Positions 44,176 through 54,088 of a DNA stretch of 64,000 nt are shown in pieces. This DNA comes from a virus (lineage: Duplodnaviria; Heunggongvirae; Uroviricota; Caudoviricetes): IMG/VR virus record IMGVR_UViG_3300034102_002845. The stretch is one strand, 5' to 3'. Positions within the stretch are counted from its first letter, which is position 1. The number at the start of each line of letters is the position of its first letter. Under the pieces are notes generated by a model that saw nothing but the letters and a program-made list of their open reading frames with translations, searched no databases and had not been told where the DNA came from. Both the position numbers and the translations under genes were made by a program.

Positions 44176-44436
44176 TTGTCCCCCCTAAGTAAGCCCACTA
44201 TAACCTCAACCCTAAACTCCGAAAACCTTGATCCCCTGGACCCTGCTCTCGCATGTTGTGCGAATGGGCCCAAACCATTAACTCTGGCCACTAGCTGTGT
44301 TATGTCTGGGACTCCTCCGTACCCTCACGAAGACTGGAATGCTTACTTTAACGATGTGGCTAAGACAGGGACTTTGGAAAATTTGCGTATAAGCGCCATT
44401 CACAACAACGGCGTAAGAAAGCCACTACTGAACTGA
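44176..44436 (+). CDS. hypothetical protein
   Basis: ORF. Confidence 0.35.
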   Translation: MSPLSKPTITSTLNSENLDPLDPALACCANGPKPLTLATSCVMSGTPPYPHEDWNAYFNDVAKTGTLENLRISAIHNNGVRKPLLN

Positions 44437-44670
44437 TTACAAACAAATGAGAAGCTTATTAGCTCTGTACCCCCTCCTCCTACTTACCGGTGTCATTTTC
44501 ATGGCCGCTGGATTTGCCATACCGGGGACAATGGGATACATTCTCGCAATGCTAGGCGGAGGAATTATTGGATTGGCGCTATTTGCTTAGGTTCGAGAGG
44601 GGGGTAGCCGCCCTAACTCGGACGGTTTCCCCGCTTTCCCTCACAGAGCAAAAGGCGGTATAGTACAAGT

Positions 44671-45063
44671 ATGGAAAACACCGCCCCTCGCCGTGGGATT
44701 CTCTGGTTGTCCAAACCGGACCAGAACTCCCCAGTTCACCCAATCTTCAGCCAAGCTGCTGAGCACTTTCACGTTACTTTGCAGTTTGGTGTGGTGGAGA
44801 ATGAGATTCCAGATGGGATCTTAGGGAGAACTTTCACAGTTCGTGCCACTGAGAACTGCTTTGGCGACCGCATTCATGCCCTGCGAGTTGAGCTTCCGAA
44901 CGGAATCCGGAGTGTTTGCTTGAACAAGCACCCTCACATGACAATTTCGATGCTTCCCGGTGTACGACCGGTTGAGTCGAATGTGATGCTTCAATCTCCA
45001 CTTTCAATTCAAAGAGAGAACTTTGGTCTTTCCCTCGTTTGCGAGTTTGTACCCTTTAACTGA
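44671..45063 (+). CDS. 2H phosphoesterase (cyclic phosphodiesterase-like), probably leaderless
   Basis: two HxT motifs: HFHVTL and HPHMTI. Confidence 0.7.
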   Translation: MENTAPRRGILWLSKPDQNSPVHPIFSQAAEHFHVTLQFGVVENEIPDGILGRTFTVRATENCFGDRIHALRVELPNGIRSVCLNKHPHMTISMLPGVRPVESNVMLQSPLSIQRENFGLSLVCEFVPFN

Positions 45064-45075
45064 GCCCTGTGACCC

Positions 45076-45318
45076 ATGAACGACTCCCCTGAATTAATCG
45101 TATCTTTTGAGGTAGTCCCCCAGAGCGTTGCAGTTTACACCACTGCGAGTGGGGATAAAGTGACTAAGGTTACGCTCGAACACGTGATTGCTCTCGACAC
45201 CAACGCAAAGCTATGGGTGAGACTAGTGGGAAATCACGAAGAGGTGGCTCCAGGAACTTTGCAGTTGTGGAGCTGTCTAAACTCACAACACAACACTCCA
45301 GCAAAAGCCCATGACTAA
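45076..45318 (+). CDS. hypothetical protein
   Basis: ORF. Confidence 0.45.
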   Translation: MNDSPELIVSFEVVPQSVAVYTTASGDKVTKVTLEHVIALDTNAKLWVRLVGNHEEVAPGTLQLWSCLNSQHNTPAKAHD

Positions 45319-45583
45319 ACAATCAGAGAACGAGTACTATGACGAACTGGAGCAGGACATGAGAGACCTTGCAGCCGAACTCGGAGTTTCTGTGAGTTGC
45401 GCTCAAGACTTGTGGTACTTGCGCACTCGTTCTCGACACACTCCGACGCTGGAAGCCGAGCTAATTGCACTTCACGCCTCAGGTACCCCTCCTCTGAATA
45501 TGTGTGACTTCGGTGTAACTGATGCCACCCAGGAAAACATTCGGAAAGTTTGTGAAAACGTCGGGAGTCTTCATGGGAACTGA
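45311..45583 (+). CDS. hypothetical protein
   Basis: YLRTRSR.T..LE.ELI.LH motif. Confidence 0.55.
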   Translation: MTKQSENEYYDELEQDMRDLAAELGVSVSCAQDLWYLRTRSRHTPTLEAELIALHASGTPPLNMCDFGVTDATQENIRKVCENVGSLHGN

Positions 45584-45763
45584 AAAAGACGGGGAAGACG
45601 CGGAACTGTTCCGATTTTGGGCGCAAGAAATGTGCTCTAACCGCAGACAGGTATCCAACGCTTTAGAGTGGTGCCGAACACCATCCGAAGTTCGAAGCGC
45701 ACTCTCGGCGATTCGTGCGCTGAACAAAGCTTGTCCAAAAAACAACACCTGAGGGATACTGTC

Positions 45764-45913
45764 ATGGCGTCAAACGTGAAAGACAACACCGTTGAGGTGC
45801 GCTTGCTGAGTGAGATCCCGTATCAAATTCCCGTAGTGAGAGAGCCCGAGTGGAAGCGAAGCGTCTACAAGCAAATTCAGGCCGAGTTTCGACTCGATCG
45901 AGAAAGATGCTAA
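45764..45913 (+). CDS. small hypothetical protein
   Basis: ORF. Confidence 0.35.
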   Translation: MASNVKDNTVEVRLLSEIPYQIPVVREPEWKRSVYKQIQAEFRLDRERC

Positions 45914-45933
45914 GGTAGGGCCGGGGAGAACCC

Positions 45934-46005
45934 ACCCACGTAGCACAGCGGTAGTGCAGCCGTTTCGTAAGCGGCAGGTCGCTGGTTCGAATCCAGTCGT
46001 GGGTT
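45934..46005 (+). tRNA. trnT: tRNA-Thr(CGT)
   Basis: GCCGT-TTCGTAA-GCGGC. Confidence 0.9.
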
Positions 46006-46069
46006 TACCCCCTTGTCCACTTCCCTAAGCCAACCTTAGTTAATACCCTTCAACTCCCGCACAAAACAC

Positions 46070-46373
46070 ATGACCGCACCTGAATTTACATCGACCCAAA
46101 CCATCGAAAGCATTGCAACCCCTGAGACGTATGAGACTGTATACTGTACGAAGTACGCCCTTTCCAAGGGAATTTTAAGGTCACTGGAAAGGCTACGGTC
46201 GACGGGTATTTCTCAGAAAAGCCCTATAAAGCAGCCTACCATACCCTATTTCTTGGCCGTGGCGACTGGCACCGAAGCTGGGCCGAAGCCGCAGCGGACG
46301 CGGAGAGGCGGTACTGAAAAAGCAAATTGTTAAGCTAAATCAGCTTAAGCTTGTGGAGGTTGACCGACCCTGA
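46070..46373 (+). pseudogene. phage hypothetical gene with two apparent frameshifts
   Basis: VYCTKYALSKGI continues in a shifted frame as F.V...GRGDWHRSWAEA..DAERR, then LKKQIVKL. Confidence 0.55.
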
Positions 46374-46528
46374 GTCCCTTCTGTGCTGTTACGTAGGGTT
46401 ACCAACCCTCAAGGGTTGCCCTTTCCACCCAGACAAGGAAGGGTAACCGGTTGCTCCGGGGCGGTTTCCCGGCTTGTTTCTGCGGCGCAGAAACGGTATA
46501 CTTACTTTAGTGCAAACCCTCAAGTCCT

Positions 46529-46861
46529 ATGACCCTCCTCGAACAGTTTCTCCTTAAGCGTATTTTCAAGCGCCAGGTCCGCCAAGGCCCTGACCACGAC
46601 ATACGAATCCAGAACCTGTACCTTATGGTTCGTCAAGCTGCTGCGGAAGAGTTTTCTAAAGACAACTACATCACGTTGGAATCCTTTCTTGAGGAGCAAT
46701 TTCAAGCGTCTTGTGTCACAGACCAGAGGCAACCTGGGCTAAGCATGGGCGATGCTCACGAGATTTGGGCTCTTGCACAGTTAGCGCCTAATGAAGGCAT
46801 CGAAGATAGCGTCGATCGAATTCTCGGTTTCTTTAAATCGAAACGACTTAACCGTAACTGA
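46529..46861 (+). CDS. hypothetical protein
   Basis: AHEIWALAQLAPNEGIEDSV.RI module. Confidence 0.55.
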   Translation: MTLLEQFLLKRIFKRQVRQGPDHDIRIQNLYLMVRQAAAEEFSKDNYITLESFLEEQFQASCVTDQRQPGLSMGDAHEIWALAQLAPNEGIEDSVDRILGFFKSKRLNRN

Positions 46862-46879
46862 AACAACACAGCAAAACAA

Positions 46880-47596
46880 ATGGAAAACACCAAACTAACA
46901 CCAAAGGAAGCCTTTGAAACAATCTACAGCAGGTTGAACTTTTTAGAACGTGCTTGTTTGTATGGCGAAGAAGCTGAGATTGTTCGAGATGCACTATACT
47001 CAATGGCCAAACTTTCTGGTGGTTATTTCCCACCCGAACCCGACTCCGAACTTGGTGTGAAAATGAGTAAGGAAACTGATGATCAGAGCATAGTCGCCAG
47101 AAGTCAGGCGATTAATGCTAGATCCATAGCGCGAGTCGACCGGATTAGACGCAGCTTTGCAGAAGCCCGATTAGCACCACGTATTCTAGCAATGTGCAAG
47201 AGGCGTGGTTGGTCACTGCACTGGTCGGCTCGTGGTGCATACCTACACCTTGAGGCATCAGAACTAATTGAGGCGATTCGTGGGAAGCGTGGTGATCCGA
47301 AGTCGGAAGCCGCAGATGTTCTACTTGTCTTGATGTCAATTACAGAGGCCAATGGGATCTCCTGGTCAGACGTTGTTGCGCAAGCTACAGCAACGTGCGC
47401 ACGGCTGGAGACCTGCGACCCCTACCCTGGAGAAGAGAGACAAGAGCATGAATGCGCCACGAGTCAAACCCCTCACACTCGCTCTACCCTGTTTCGAATG
47501 CCTGCACAAATTACATTCTACACCCTCTTCACTGCTTTCCAGACTCTGCTCTTGTGTTGGGAAATTGCGGTGGCCTTAGACCTCTTACCAAACTAA
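46880..47596 (+). CDS. MazG-like nucleotide pyrophosphohydrolase domain protein
   Basis: LHLEASELIEA...EAADVLLVL. Confidence 0.65.
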   Translation: MENTKLTPKEAFETIYSRLNFLERACLYGEEAEIVRDALYSMAKLSGGYFPPEPDSELGVKMSKETDDQSIVARSQAINARSIARVDRIRRSFAEARLAPRILAMCKRRGWSLHWSARGAYLHLEASELIEAIRGKRGDPKSEAADVLLVLMSITEANGISWSDVVAQATATCARLETCDPYPGEERQEHECATSQTPHTRSTLFRMPAQITFYTLFTAFQTLLLCWEIAVALDLLPN

Positions 47597-47598
47597 CA

Positions 47599-47940
47599 AT
47601 GACTGTAACTATGAGATCCGCTTTGAAGCGGTTGATTGAACTTGAGGACCAAAATGGACCTGACCCGGCAATCGCAAATTCCTGGACTGACGCCATTGAC
47701 GATGCTCGCACTGCCTTGCTAAAGACTCCGGGCCAAACGAACCCGGTAGACGAAGATGAGATAGTATACCTAGAGAGCCGCCTGTGGGTGACGGCTAACA
47801 GCTTAGAACACTTTGGTCAATGTCACGTAGTTCCCCCTGCCCTACTTTTCCGCGCCGCAGAACTCATCTCGAAGCTGGACGCTAGAATTGACGAGCTTGA
47901 GTATCTAGTACAAGAAAATATCGACAGAATCGCACCATGA
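47599..47940 (+). CDS. hypothetical protein
   Basis: ORF in operon. Confidence 0.5.
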   Translation: MTVTMRSALKRLIELEDQNGPDPAIANSWTDAIDDARTALLKTPGQTNPVDEDEIVYLESRLWVTANSLEHFGQCHVVPPALLFRAAELISKLDARIDELEYLVQENIDRIAP

Positions 47941-48521
47941 GCACCGATCATGAGCACGCGGATTACATGCTGCGGTTTCGCAGTATTATTGGGAAGAACA
48001 GCACTGCCCTTGCTGAGACGGAAAAGGAAACTTCAGTGACACAGGCACCGGGTAAAAGCAAGCAATTGCGCCTCGTCGAGCAAGGTATTGCGTTTTGCTT
48101 CGGCAAGTTTCAACCTAGCCCTTTTGAAGCCCGTTACATTGACCCTTGGGTTGTAGCTGACGTGTTCGGGGCAGAGGCGTTGGCCGAGTTTAGCGGGTCC
48201 GGACCTTCACCGAATCAGGGATCGAGCCTAGCCGATGTTAGACAACTGTGTGTAGACAACGAAATTGCGATGTTTGTTGACTCAAACGACTTTGACACCG
48301 TTGTTGTCGCAATTCTGGAGATTGTTCGCACCGCCCTTGCCCACAGGGTAGCTTTGCCACCCCGGAGCCAGGGAGTAGACCAGTGGTACCCTGACTTTGC
48401 TAATTGGCTTGAGGGGGAAATGCCCGAGGGCACAGTTATAGGTGATCCGTTGTGGTGGGCTTCAAAGATCGCTAGCTACTTCTGCTGCCCTGCCCCAACA
48501 ACTACAACCGAACAACCATGA
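47937..48521 (+). CDS. hypothetical protein
   Basis: ATGA overlaps; WLEGEMPEGTVIGDP.WWA module. Confidence 0.55.
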   Translation: MSTDHEHADYMLRFRSIIGKNSTALAETEKETSVTQAPGKSKQLRLVEQGIAFCFGKFQPSPFEARYIDPWVVADVFGAEALAEFSGSGPSPNQGSSLADVRQLCVDNEIAMFVDSNDFDTVVVAILEIVRTALAHRVALPPRSQGVDQWYPDFANWLEGEMPEGTVIGDPLWWASKIASYFCCPAPTTTTEQP

Positions 48522-48733
48522 CAACAACAAATGACTGGGCAAAAGCCCTTACGAGCTTTGTCGATGAAATTGGAGGCGATGGCCCTTCTCTTTGGCAGTG
48601 GGCCGGAATTACTCCGACTCCAGAAAAAGTTGTGGACTACCTTCGAGATCAAGTCCATTATCTTATAGCGCTGTACGCGCACCCCAAGCCTAGTGCTACC
48701 CGCCCCTCACGGTTGATGATCTTGCGGATATAA
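48518..48733 (+). CDS. hypothetical protein
   Basis: ATGA overlap. Confidence 0.45.
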   Translation: MTTTNDWAKALTSFVDEIGGDGPSLWQWAGITPTPEKVVDYLRDQVHYLIALYAHPKPSATRPSRLMILRI

Positions 48734-49410
48734 TGCGGGGTGACACTCTTAACCCAATTACCGCTGGTTTTACGATAGAAGACCTTGCTCGTCATCTGCT
48801 AACTCATCCTGCTACTGCACCGTTGCTTAATCCCGCATTACACACACACTCTGGTACACCTGCCTTAGAAGAAACAGACCGGCTCGCCGTTGACCAGTTT
48901 GCCGCTGAAATGAAGCTTAAACTTTCCCGAAAGAGCAAAGAAGGCAAGCAAGGGTGGAAAGAAGCATCCGCTGAGCACCTGTCTCGTCTTCTATGCGAAC
49001 ACATTCGCAAAGGGGACCCAGTGGATGTTGCAAACTTTGCCATGATGCTACATCAGAATGGTCAAAGCATTACACCGGATTGTACACCTTTGGCAGATGT
49101 GGACGCCTTGATTCATGCACTTAACACTACTGCCGAGTATATGGAGCCAGGGAGTGAGGACCGCTGGGATATCGAAAACGTTGCCTTTCAGCTGTCGGAG
49201 CTACCCAACAGAAGGCCGCCATCACCTGAGAATCAAAACGTGAAAAATGTTGTGGAATGGCTACAGACTGAGTCGGGAGAAGCTTCCTACGAAGGAAGGG
49301 TTAGCATGGCAGAACGACTCGCTTGCGCTGCGATTTTAGTACAGGAGCAGGAAGCCAGGATAGCAGAGCTTGAGGCGCAAAATGTTGAACTTGGACGGGT
49401 AGGTTGGTAG
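48733..49410 (+). CDS. hypothetical protein
   Basis: FAAEMKLKL...G..GW...L..H..KGDPVDVANFAMML phage module. Confidence 0.6.
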   Translation: MRGDTLNPITAGFTIEDLARHLLTHPATAPLLNPALHTHSGTPALEETDRLAVDQFAAEMKLKLSRKSKEGKQGWKEASAEHLSRLLCEHIRKGDPVDVANFAMMLHQNGQSITPDCTPLADVDALIHALNTTAEYMEPGSEDRWDIENVAFQLSELPNRRPPSPENQNVKNVVEWLQTESGEASYEGRVSMAERLACAAILVQEQEARIAELEAQNVELGRVGW

Positions 49411-49555
49411 CTAGCGCAAAATGACCCAGGGGTTACGGGTTTACTTTAACCGAGTGCACCCAAAACTAAGGGGGTGCTAAACCCCCTTAAAACGAATGTT
49501 CTCCGGGCGTACCCCCGGAAATTCTTCATCCGTTTTCTACACTCAGTTCTAGTCT

Positions 49556-51232
49556 ATGAAACCATTAACCCTGGTTGAGCTAATTGCAAAAGAGTCGTTC
49601 GTCGAGCTGCGCTACAGCGACACCCTCAATAGCATTCTGCCCAGTTTCAGCCGCTTTCAGGTTTCCGTCAACGGCATCCGCCGCAGCCTCACTGGCCCCG
49701 CCATGCTGCGCGGCGGCGGCACCACCATCCGCCTGAACCTCGCCACACCGATCCTGGCCACGGACACCGTTGCGATTACTTATGGCAGCGTAAATGGACT
49801 CGACAAAGTTGGTTTCGGCGACATTCGCTCTTTAAGCACTAATCAGAAGGCCGCTTTCTTTCGCAACCAAAAGGCCGCCAACATCACGCCACCGGTCAAT
49901 CAGCCTGGTCCCGACCAAGTTCTGTCTTGGATTAGCTGTGCTCTGGAAGCAATCCAATCAGCGGGCAGCAATAGAAAACCTGGAGTGCCTCCTACCACGG
50001 GTAGTCGTCTGATGGCAATGCTTTCCACGGCAATGTTGGACACTCGGGCAGCGTTCGGTGATCAAGTGGCATTCTACAAGATCGACCAAAACGCACCCGC
50101 TGCCGCTAGCGTAGATGCCGCTTTGATTGGTGCGGCCTACCGCATTCTTTCGTTGGAGCTTCCTGGAGAACAAGAAATACTCCAAAAGCACTACAAATCA
50201 AGTCTGGCCAATCTGACGGGAACCTCGCAGAGCATTCACTCTGGCTTAGCCCTGGGGTCCGGAATAGCTGATCAAATCCGCTCACTAAGATCCAACGACG
50301 GATCAACAAATAATACACCTTATCAACCCCCTACTAATAGCTTTCCGGGATATACCTGGATGCCAGCCTCAAGCGGACCCAATGCAGGGGCTGCTCTAGG
50401 CCCCAATTGGGGCACAGTAAAACCTTGGGGTTTAGACAGTGAAGTTACACATAGGACCAACGGTCTGCAGGGGAGGCCAGACGTGAACTTGGACCTGTAC
50501 GCCAGAGACTTAGCTGAAGTGCGTTTGTACGGCGGACTAACAAACACTGCAACCACCACCTCGCGCCGCAATGCCGACCAGACGGACATTGCTCTTTTTT
50601 GGGCTTACGATCGGCCTGACACCTATAGGCCGTATGGTCAGTTGTTTGATATTGCGACTGAAATAGCAACGAACCAAGCAACAACCCCAGCTAACAACGC
50701 TAGGTTATTCGCTAGCTTAAGCGTCGCCATGGCAGACGCCGTAACCGTGGCATGGAAGAAAAAATACGACAATGTTCAGCCTCGACCGTGGGACGTAATC
50801 ACTGGCAGTTTTTCCGACGAAGACGGCTCAGACCTCACTGTCCGAGACACAGAGTGGAAGTCGTTGCTTTCCTCCATAAACGGAGTACAATCTCCACCGT
50901 TCCCTGACTTTATATCTGGCCACTCAGTAATGGGTGGAGTATTTGCGAGTGTAATGACACACTTTTTTGGTGACAACCTCGTATGGTCAACAACTTCGCA
51001 GGACCTGCCCGGAAAGTCTCGATCTTTTGACGGTCGCATTGCAAACGGGAGTCTAGGTGATATAAGCTCCGTGACAAGCTCTAGCCTGTGGAAAGATAAC
51101 AGCTTCTTTGAAGCTGGCTTGGAAAATGCCATAGGACGTGTTTATGGTGGCGTTCACGTTCGAGAAGCATGCGAGGATTCTTTTCTCTTGGGAGTTGCGA
51201 TAGGAAATTCCACAGTGCACAAGCTTGGTTAG
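49556..51232 (+). CDS. vanadium-dependent haloperoxidase (PAP2 superfamily) with N-terminal SwmB-like domain
   Basis: K-X6-RP (KYDNVQPRP), PPFPDFISGHS and R-X5-H (RVYGGVH) motifs; N-terminal LRYSDTL...FQVSVNG...V.ITY repeat. Confidence 0.85.
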   Translation: MKPLTLVELIAKESFVELRYSDTLNSILPSFSRFQVSVNGIRRSLTGPAMLRGGGTTIRLNLATPILATDTVAITYGSVNGLDKVGFGDIRSLSTNQKAAFFRNQKAANITPPVNQPGPDQVLSWISCALEAIQSAGSNRKPGVPPTTGSRLMAMLSTAMLDTRAAFGDQVAFYKIDQNAPAAASVDAALIGAAYRILSLELPGEQEILQKHYKSSLANLTGTSQSIHSGLALGSGIADQIRSLRSNDGSTNNTPYQPPTNSFPGYTWMPASSGPNAGAALGPNWGTVKPWGLDSEVTHRTNGLQGRPDVNLDLYARDLAEVRLYGGLTNTATTTSRRNADQTDIALFWAYDRPDTYRPYGQLFDIATEIATNQATTPANNARLFASLSVAMADAVTVAWKKKYDNVQPRPWDVITGSFSDEDGSDLTVRDTEWKSLLSSINGVQSPPFPDFISGHSVMGGVFASVMTHFFGDNLVWSTTSQDLPGKSRSFDGRIANGSLGDISSVTSSSLWKDNSFFEAGLENAIGRVYGGVHVREACEDSFLLGVAIGNSTVHKLG

Positions 51233-51362
51233 TAGTTGTTACACTCTAAAGGGGCGGTTAACCGTTTGCCCTGGGACGGTTTCCCGGCTTGTTTTCTGAT
51301 GAGTTACACGCTATAGTTATCAAAAGAACTAGTATTCCCCCATCACACCACAAGAGCTACGC

Positions 51363-51641
51363 ATGTCACTCAGCATTCTCCGAGACCTAATCGCCGATGA
51401 TTCCTATGCCATTAGTTTTCAGACTCTTGGTCAGTATCGCTCTGCCCTACTGAAAGAACTTGACTCCCAGGAACAAGACACCAGGACTTGGGGTTCAACC
51501 AATCCCTTAGAAAAGTCAGCCCTTGACTACATCGTTTGGTATGAGCAAATAAGAGCAGAAATAGGGTGGAACGAAGCTCAGCATAATGTTCGTATGACTC
51601 TTTCCCTCCCTCTCCTGCCTACCCCAAAACCCGGCCAATGA
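51363..51641 (+). CDS. hypothetical protein
   Basis: LIADDSYA.SFQTLGQYRSALLK module. Confidence 0.6.
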   Translation: MSLSILRDLIADDSYAISFQTLGQYRSALLKELDSQEQDTRTWGSTNPLEKSALDYIVWYEQIRAEIGWNEAQHNVRMTLSLPLLPTPKPGQ

Positions 51642-51892
51642 TCCTATCTGACTTTACGCCAACTAAAATCACCGGAAAAAGCGCACTCGACTACACGTAC
51701 TTTGCCGACGTAACTGTCACTACTACCACGGGAGCACTGTGGTGGAAGAAAACAAACGTGTCAAGACAAACCATCTCGCGTGAGTTCTTGGGATACTGGT
51801 TTTTCGTGGACACTGGTGAGTACACTCCTGGGAGCCAAGCTGAGAACCTGGAACAATCTTTTAAGGCAAAAGCGAACCTACCCCTGGAATAG
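51638..51892 (+). CDS. hypothetical protein
   Basis: ATGA overlap. Confidence 0.55.
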   Translation: MILSDFTPTKITGKSALDYTYFADVTVTTTTGALWWKKTNVSRQTISREFLGYWFFVDTGEYTPGSQAENLEQSFKAKANLPLE

Positions 51893-51894
51893 TA

Positions 51895-52509
51895 ATGTTG
51901 GAACAGAACTTTCGTAAACTGTGCACCGAGCTGCTAGTTGCCCTGGACGAGGCATCTGAGGCGCTTGACCGAACGAGCGACTGCTGCTATGTCAGTTTTC
52001 CAGAGGTCTACGCTCAGTGCTCAGACCTAATCGGAAAACACGACAAGCTCCTTGAAAGAGCTCGGGCCGCACTGAATGGGCCGGTATTAGACGAAACCAA
52101 CGATATTGCCATAGGGCATCGTGGACTAAACAACACAGAGGTCCTTAGAGACGCCATCTCTTGGTTAGGTTGGAGACCAGAGGGGAAACCCAGCCTGCCG
52201 GGCTCTGACTTCATTTCAAACTCAGACGAGATACGACGTTGGAACGCCATTGCTCGCGCCCTGGCTACCTTAGCAGGTCCCCTTTCGTGTTACGGGAAAG
52301 TGTATGATGCTTTCTCGGACCATGAAGAAGGTACTAGTAGGGTTCTGAGCATAGCTAAAGAGATCGACAAGTGTTTCGGCGCTGTCGAGGAGATTCGGCT
52401 CGTTATGTCTACGGAACAACAACAGCGGTACGCGGCACGGATCACTAAAATTGATGCTCGAAACAAGGTAGCTCAACAAAACTACACGAAAACTATAGAA
52501 GATTTTTAA
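51895..52509 (+). CDS. hypothetical protein
   Basis: NFR.LC.ELL.AL N-terminus shared with 52548. Confidence 0.55.
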   Translation: MLEQNFRKLCTELLVALDEASEALDRTSDCCYVSFPEVYAQCSDLIGKHDKLLERARAALNGPVLDETNDIAIGHRGLNNTEVLRDAISWLGWRPEGKPSLPGSDFISNSDEIRRWNAIARALATLAGPLSCYGKVYDAFSDHEEGTSRVLSIAKEIDKCFGAVEEIRLVMSTEQQQRYAARITKIDARNKVAQQNYTKTIEDF

Positions 52510-52547
52510 AAGTCGATGCCGCCAACCAAGTACCGCACTAAAATGCC

Positions 52548-53090
52548 ATGAGTTATAACTTTCGTGAGCTTTGCACCAGGATGCTCGAAGCTTGCAATTC
52601 TTACTTGTTCTTTGCGGACGCCGAGACAACCACCGCGTCCCAAAGGGCGGAGCGACTGAATGGGGCTCTGAAAGAGGCTTCTCTTGCATTGAGAACCCCT
52701 GTTTCGGAAGACCCCTTTGACATTTTCCTTAAGATGCGGGTTGGCGAAGACGGTAACACTTCAGGTTACTACATAGACCACCCTGAGTTCTACTGTGACC
52801 TGGAGGAAGAAAAGGGTGTGTGGAGTGTTTATTTTAGGGATAAGAAAACCGATCAGGAAGTGTTTGAAGAGCAAAGTAACAAACCCACACGCTCAGAAAT
52901 CCTGACTTGGATAGAAGACCGATCATCTTGGGGCTCAGACGACTACCTTGGCCGAGTGGCTCATATAGTAGAAGAAGCCCTGGCACACTGGCCCCCTAAG
53001 ACTAGAAGGGGGGGCGGTTTCCCCCTCCTCGTTTTGCGGAGGAAAAGCCGCTATAATAAAGGAGACAGAAGAGAGACCTCATGTCGCTAA
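52548..53090 (+). CDS. hypothetical protein
   Basis: NFRELC..ML.A N-terminus. Confidence 0.5.
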   Translation: MSYNFRELCTRMLEACNSYLFFADAETTTASQRAERLNGALKEASLALRTPVSEDPFDIFLKMRVGEDGNTSGYYIDHPEFYCDLEEEKGVWSVYFRDKKTDQEVFEEQSNKPTRSEILTWIEDRSSWGSDDYLGRVAHIVEEALAHWPPKTRRGGGFPLLVLRRKSRYNKGDRRETSCR

Positions 53091-53250
53091 CACAACTTCC
53101 CATCCAAGACCTGGCTGAGATCGGGAGGCTGATACGTCTTTTTGAAGGCGACGCTGAGTGCATCGCCGCAGAGCAACTCGACTTGATTAATCTAACGGAC
53201 AAAGACTTGCTGAGTGCTGTCCGCATCCTACGACTTCTTCTTTCAACCCC

Positions 53251-53451
53251 ATGACACTCACAGTGATCCAAATTTTGACAACGATCTACATCTCAGGTGT
53301 TGTGGTAGTTGCACTTGTTCACCGAGTGGAACTAACTTTAGGTGATGTTTTCACATGGGGTACGTACAAGTCTCCGGTTAAACCAGCGAGGGTTGCGTTG
53401 CTTTGGCCTTTGTTCCTCCTGAACAACTTTCTGAGACGTGTTCTCAAATGA
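53251..53451 (+). CDS. small membrane hypothetical protein
   Basis: hydrophobic segments, LLWPLF. Confidence 0.45.
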   Translation: MTLTVIQILTTIYISGVVVVALVHRVELTLGDVFTWGTYKSPVKPARVALLWPLFLLNNFLRRVLK

Positions 53452-53478
53452 GTTCATTCCCTTTATTTTTGTAAAACT

Positions 53479-53907
53479 GTGAAGCTCATGCCTACACAAC
53501 AACACTACTCACAGGGTTTAACTGAGCTTGGACTCGACCGGTCCCGACGGGAAATTAGAAAACTTCGGGAGTTATGCGCAGCCATTTACCAAGTTTGCGG
53601 AGTTCTCAACGCGAGCGTAGAGGTGCTTGACGCTTTATCCGCCGCCAGCACCGGTGACTACGACGGAAATCCCTTGGACCTCCTTCCGTACAACTCGTTG
53701 AACCCTGTCCCTAAGACCGAAAGGTTACCTGGAGCTGAAGAATGTGACTCGAAGGGGTACTGCTGGTGGGGCAACCCCTCCATAGGGGGAAGTTCTCACC
53801 CAATGTACTCCTGTAGCTCGTGGAAATACTCGGCCAGGGTTGGGGACGGCAGCCACTGGTTGCCCTACTACGCGCTTCCTGAGGTACCTGCTCGCCCCAT
53901 GCTCTAA
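53479..53907 (+). CDS. hypothetical protein
   Basis: ERLPG.E.CD..G.CWWG...SHWLPYYALP module. Confidence 0.55.
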   Translation: MKLMPTQQHYSQGLTELGLDRSRREIRKLRELCAAIYQVCGVLNASVEVLDALSAASTGDYDGNPLDLLPYNSLNPVPKTERLPGAEECDSKGYCWWGNPSIGGSSHPMYSCSSWKYSARVGDGSHWLPYYALPEVPARPML

Positions 53908-54088
53908 ACTGGCACGGGTCACAAATCAGACGGCAAGCAGAACGACACCCCCTAAAAAGTATGCGAACTTTCTAAAAGTTTTCAGAAAAGTGGGTGGCTT
54001 GAAAGTCCCACTCCTCTTTTCACGAGCGTTCCCCCAAGCTTACGACACAAATTTTCCAGTACTTAATCTCTCAGACCATTCACAAACG

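Noticed and set aside
16693-46005. Stop-codon recoding or suppressor tRNAs
   Set aside because: No CTA, TTA or TCA anticodon among the tRNAs read; TAA, TAG and TGA all terminate well-conserved genes here.
53840-54088. N-terminal extension of the FETNSSS protein
   Set aside because: It overlaps the upstream gene and the intergenic region; the motif family begins at about ATG 54089.
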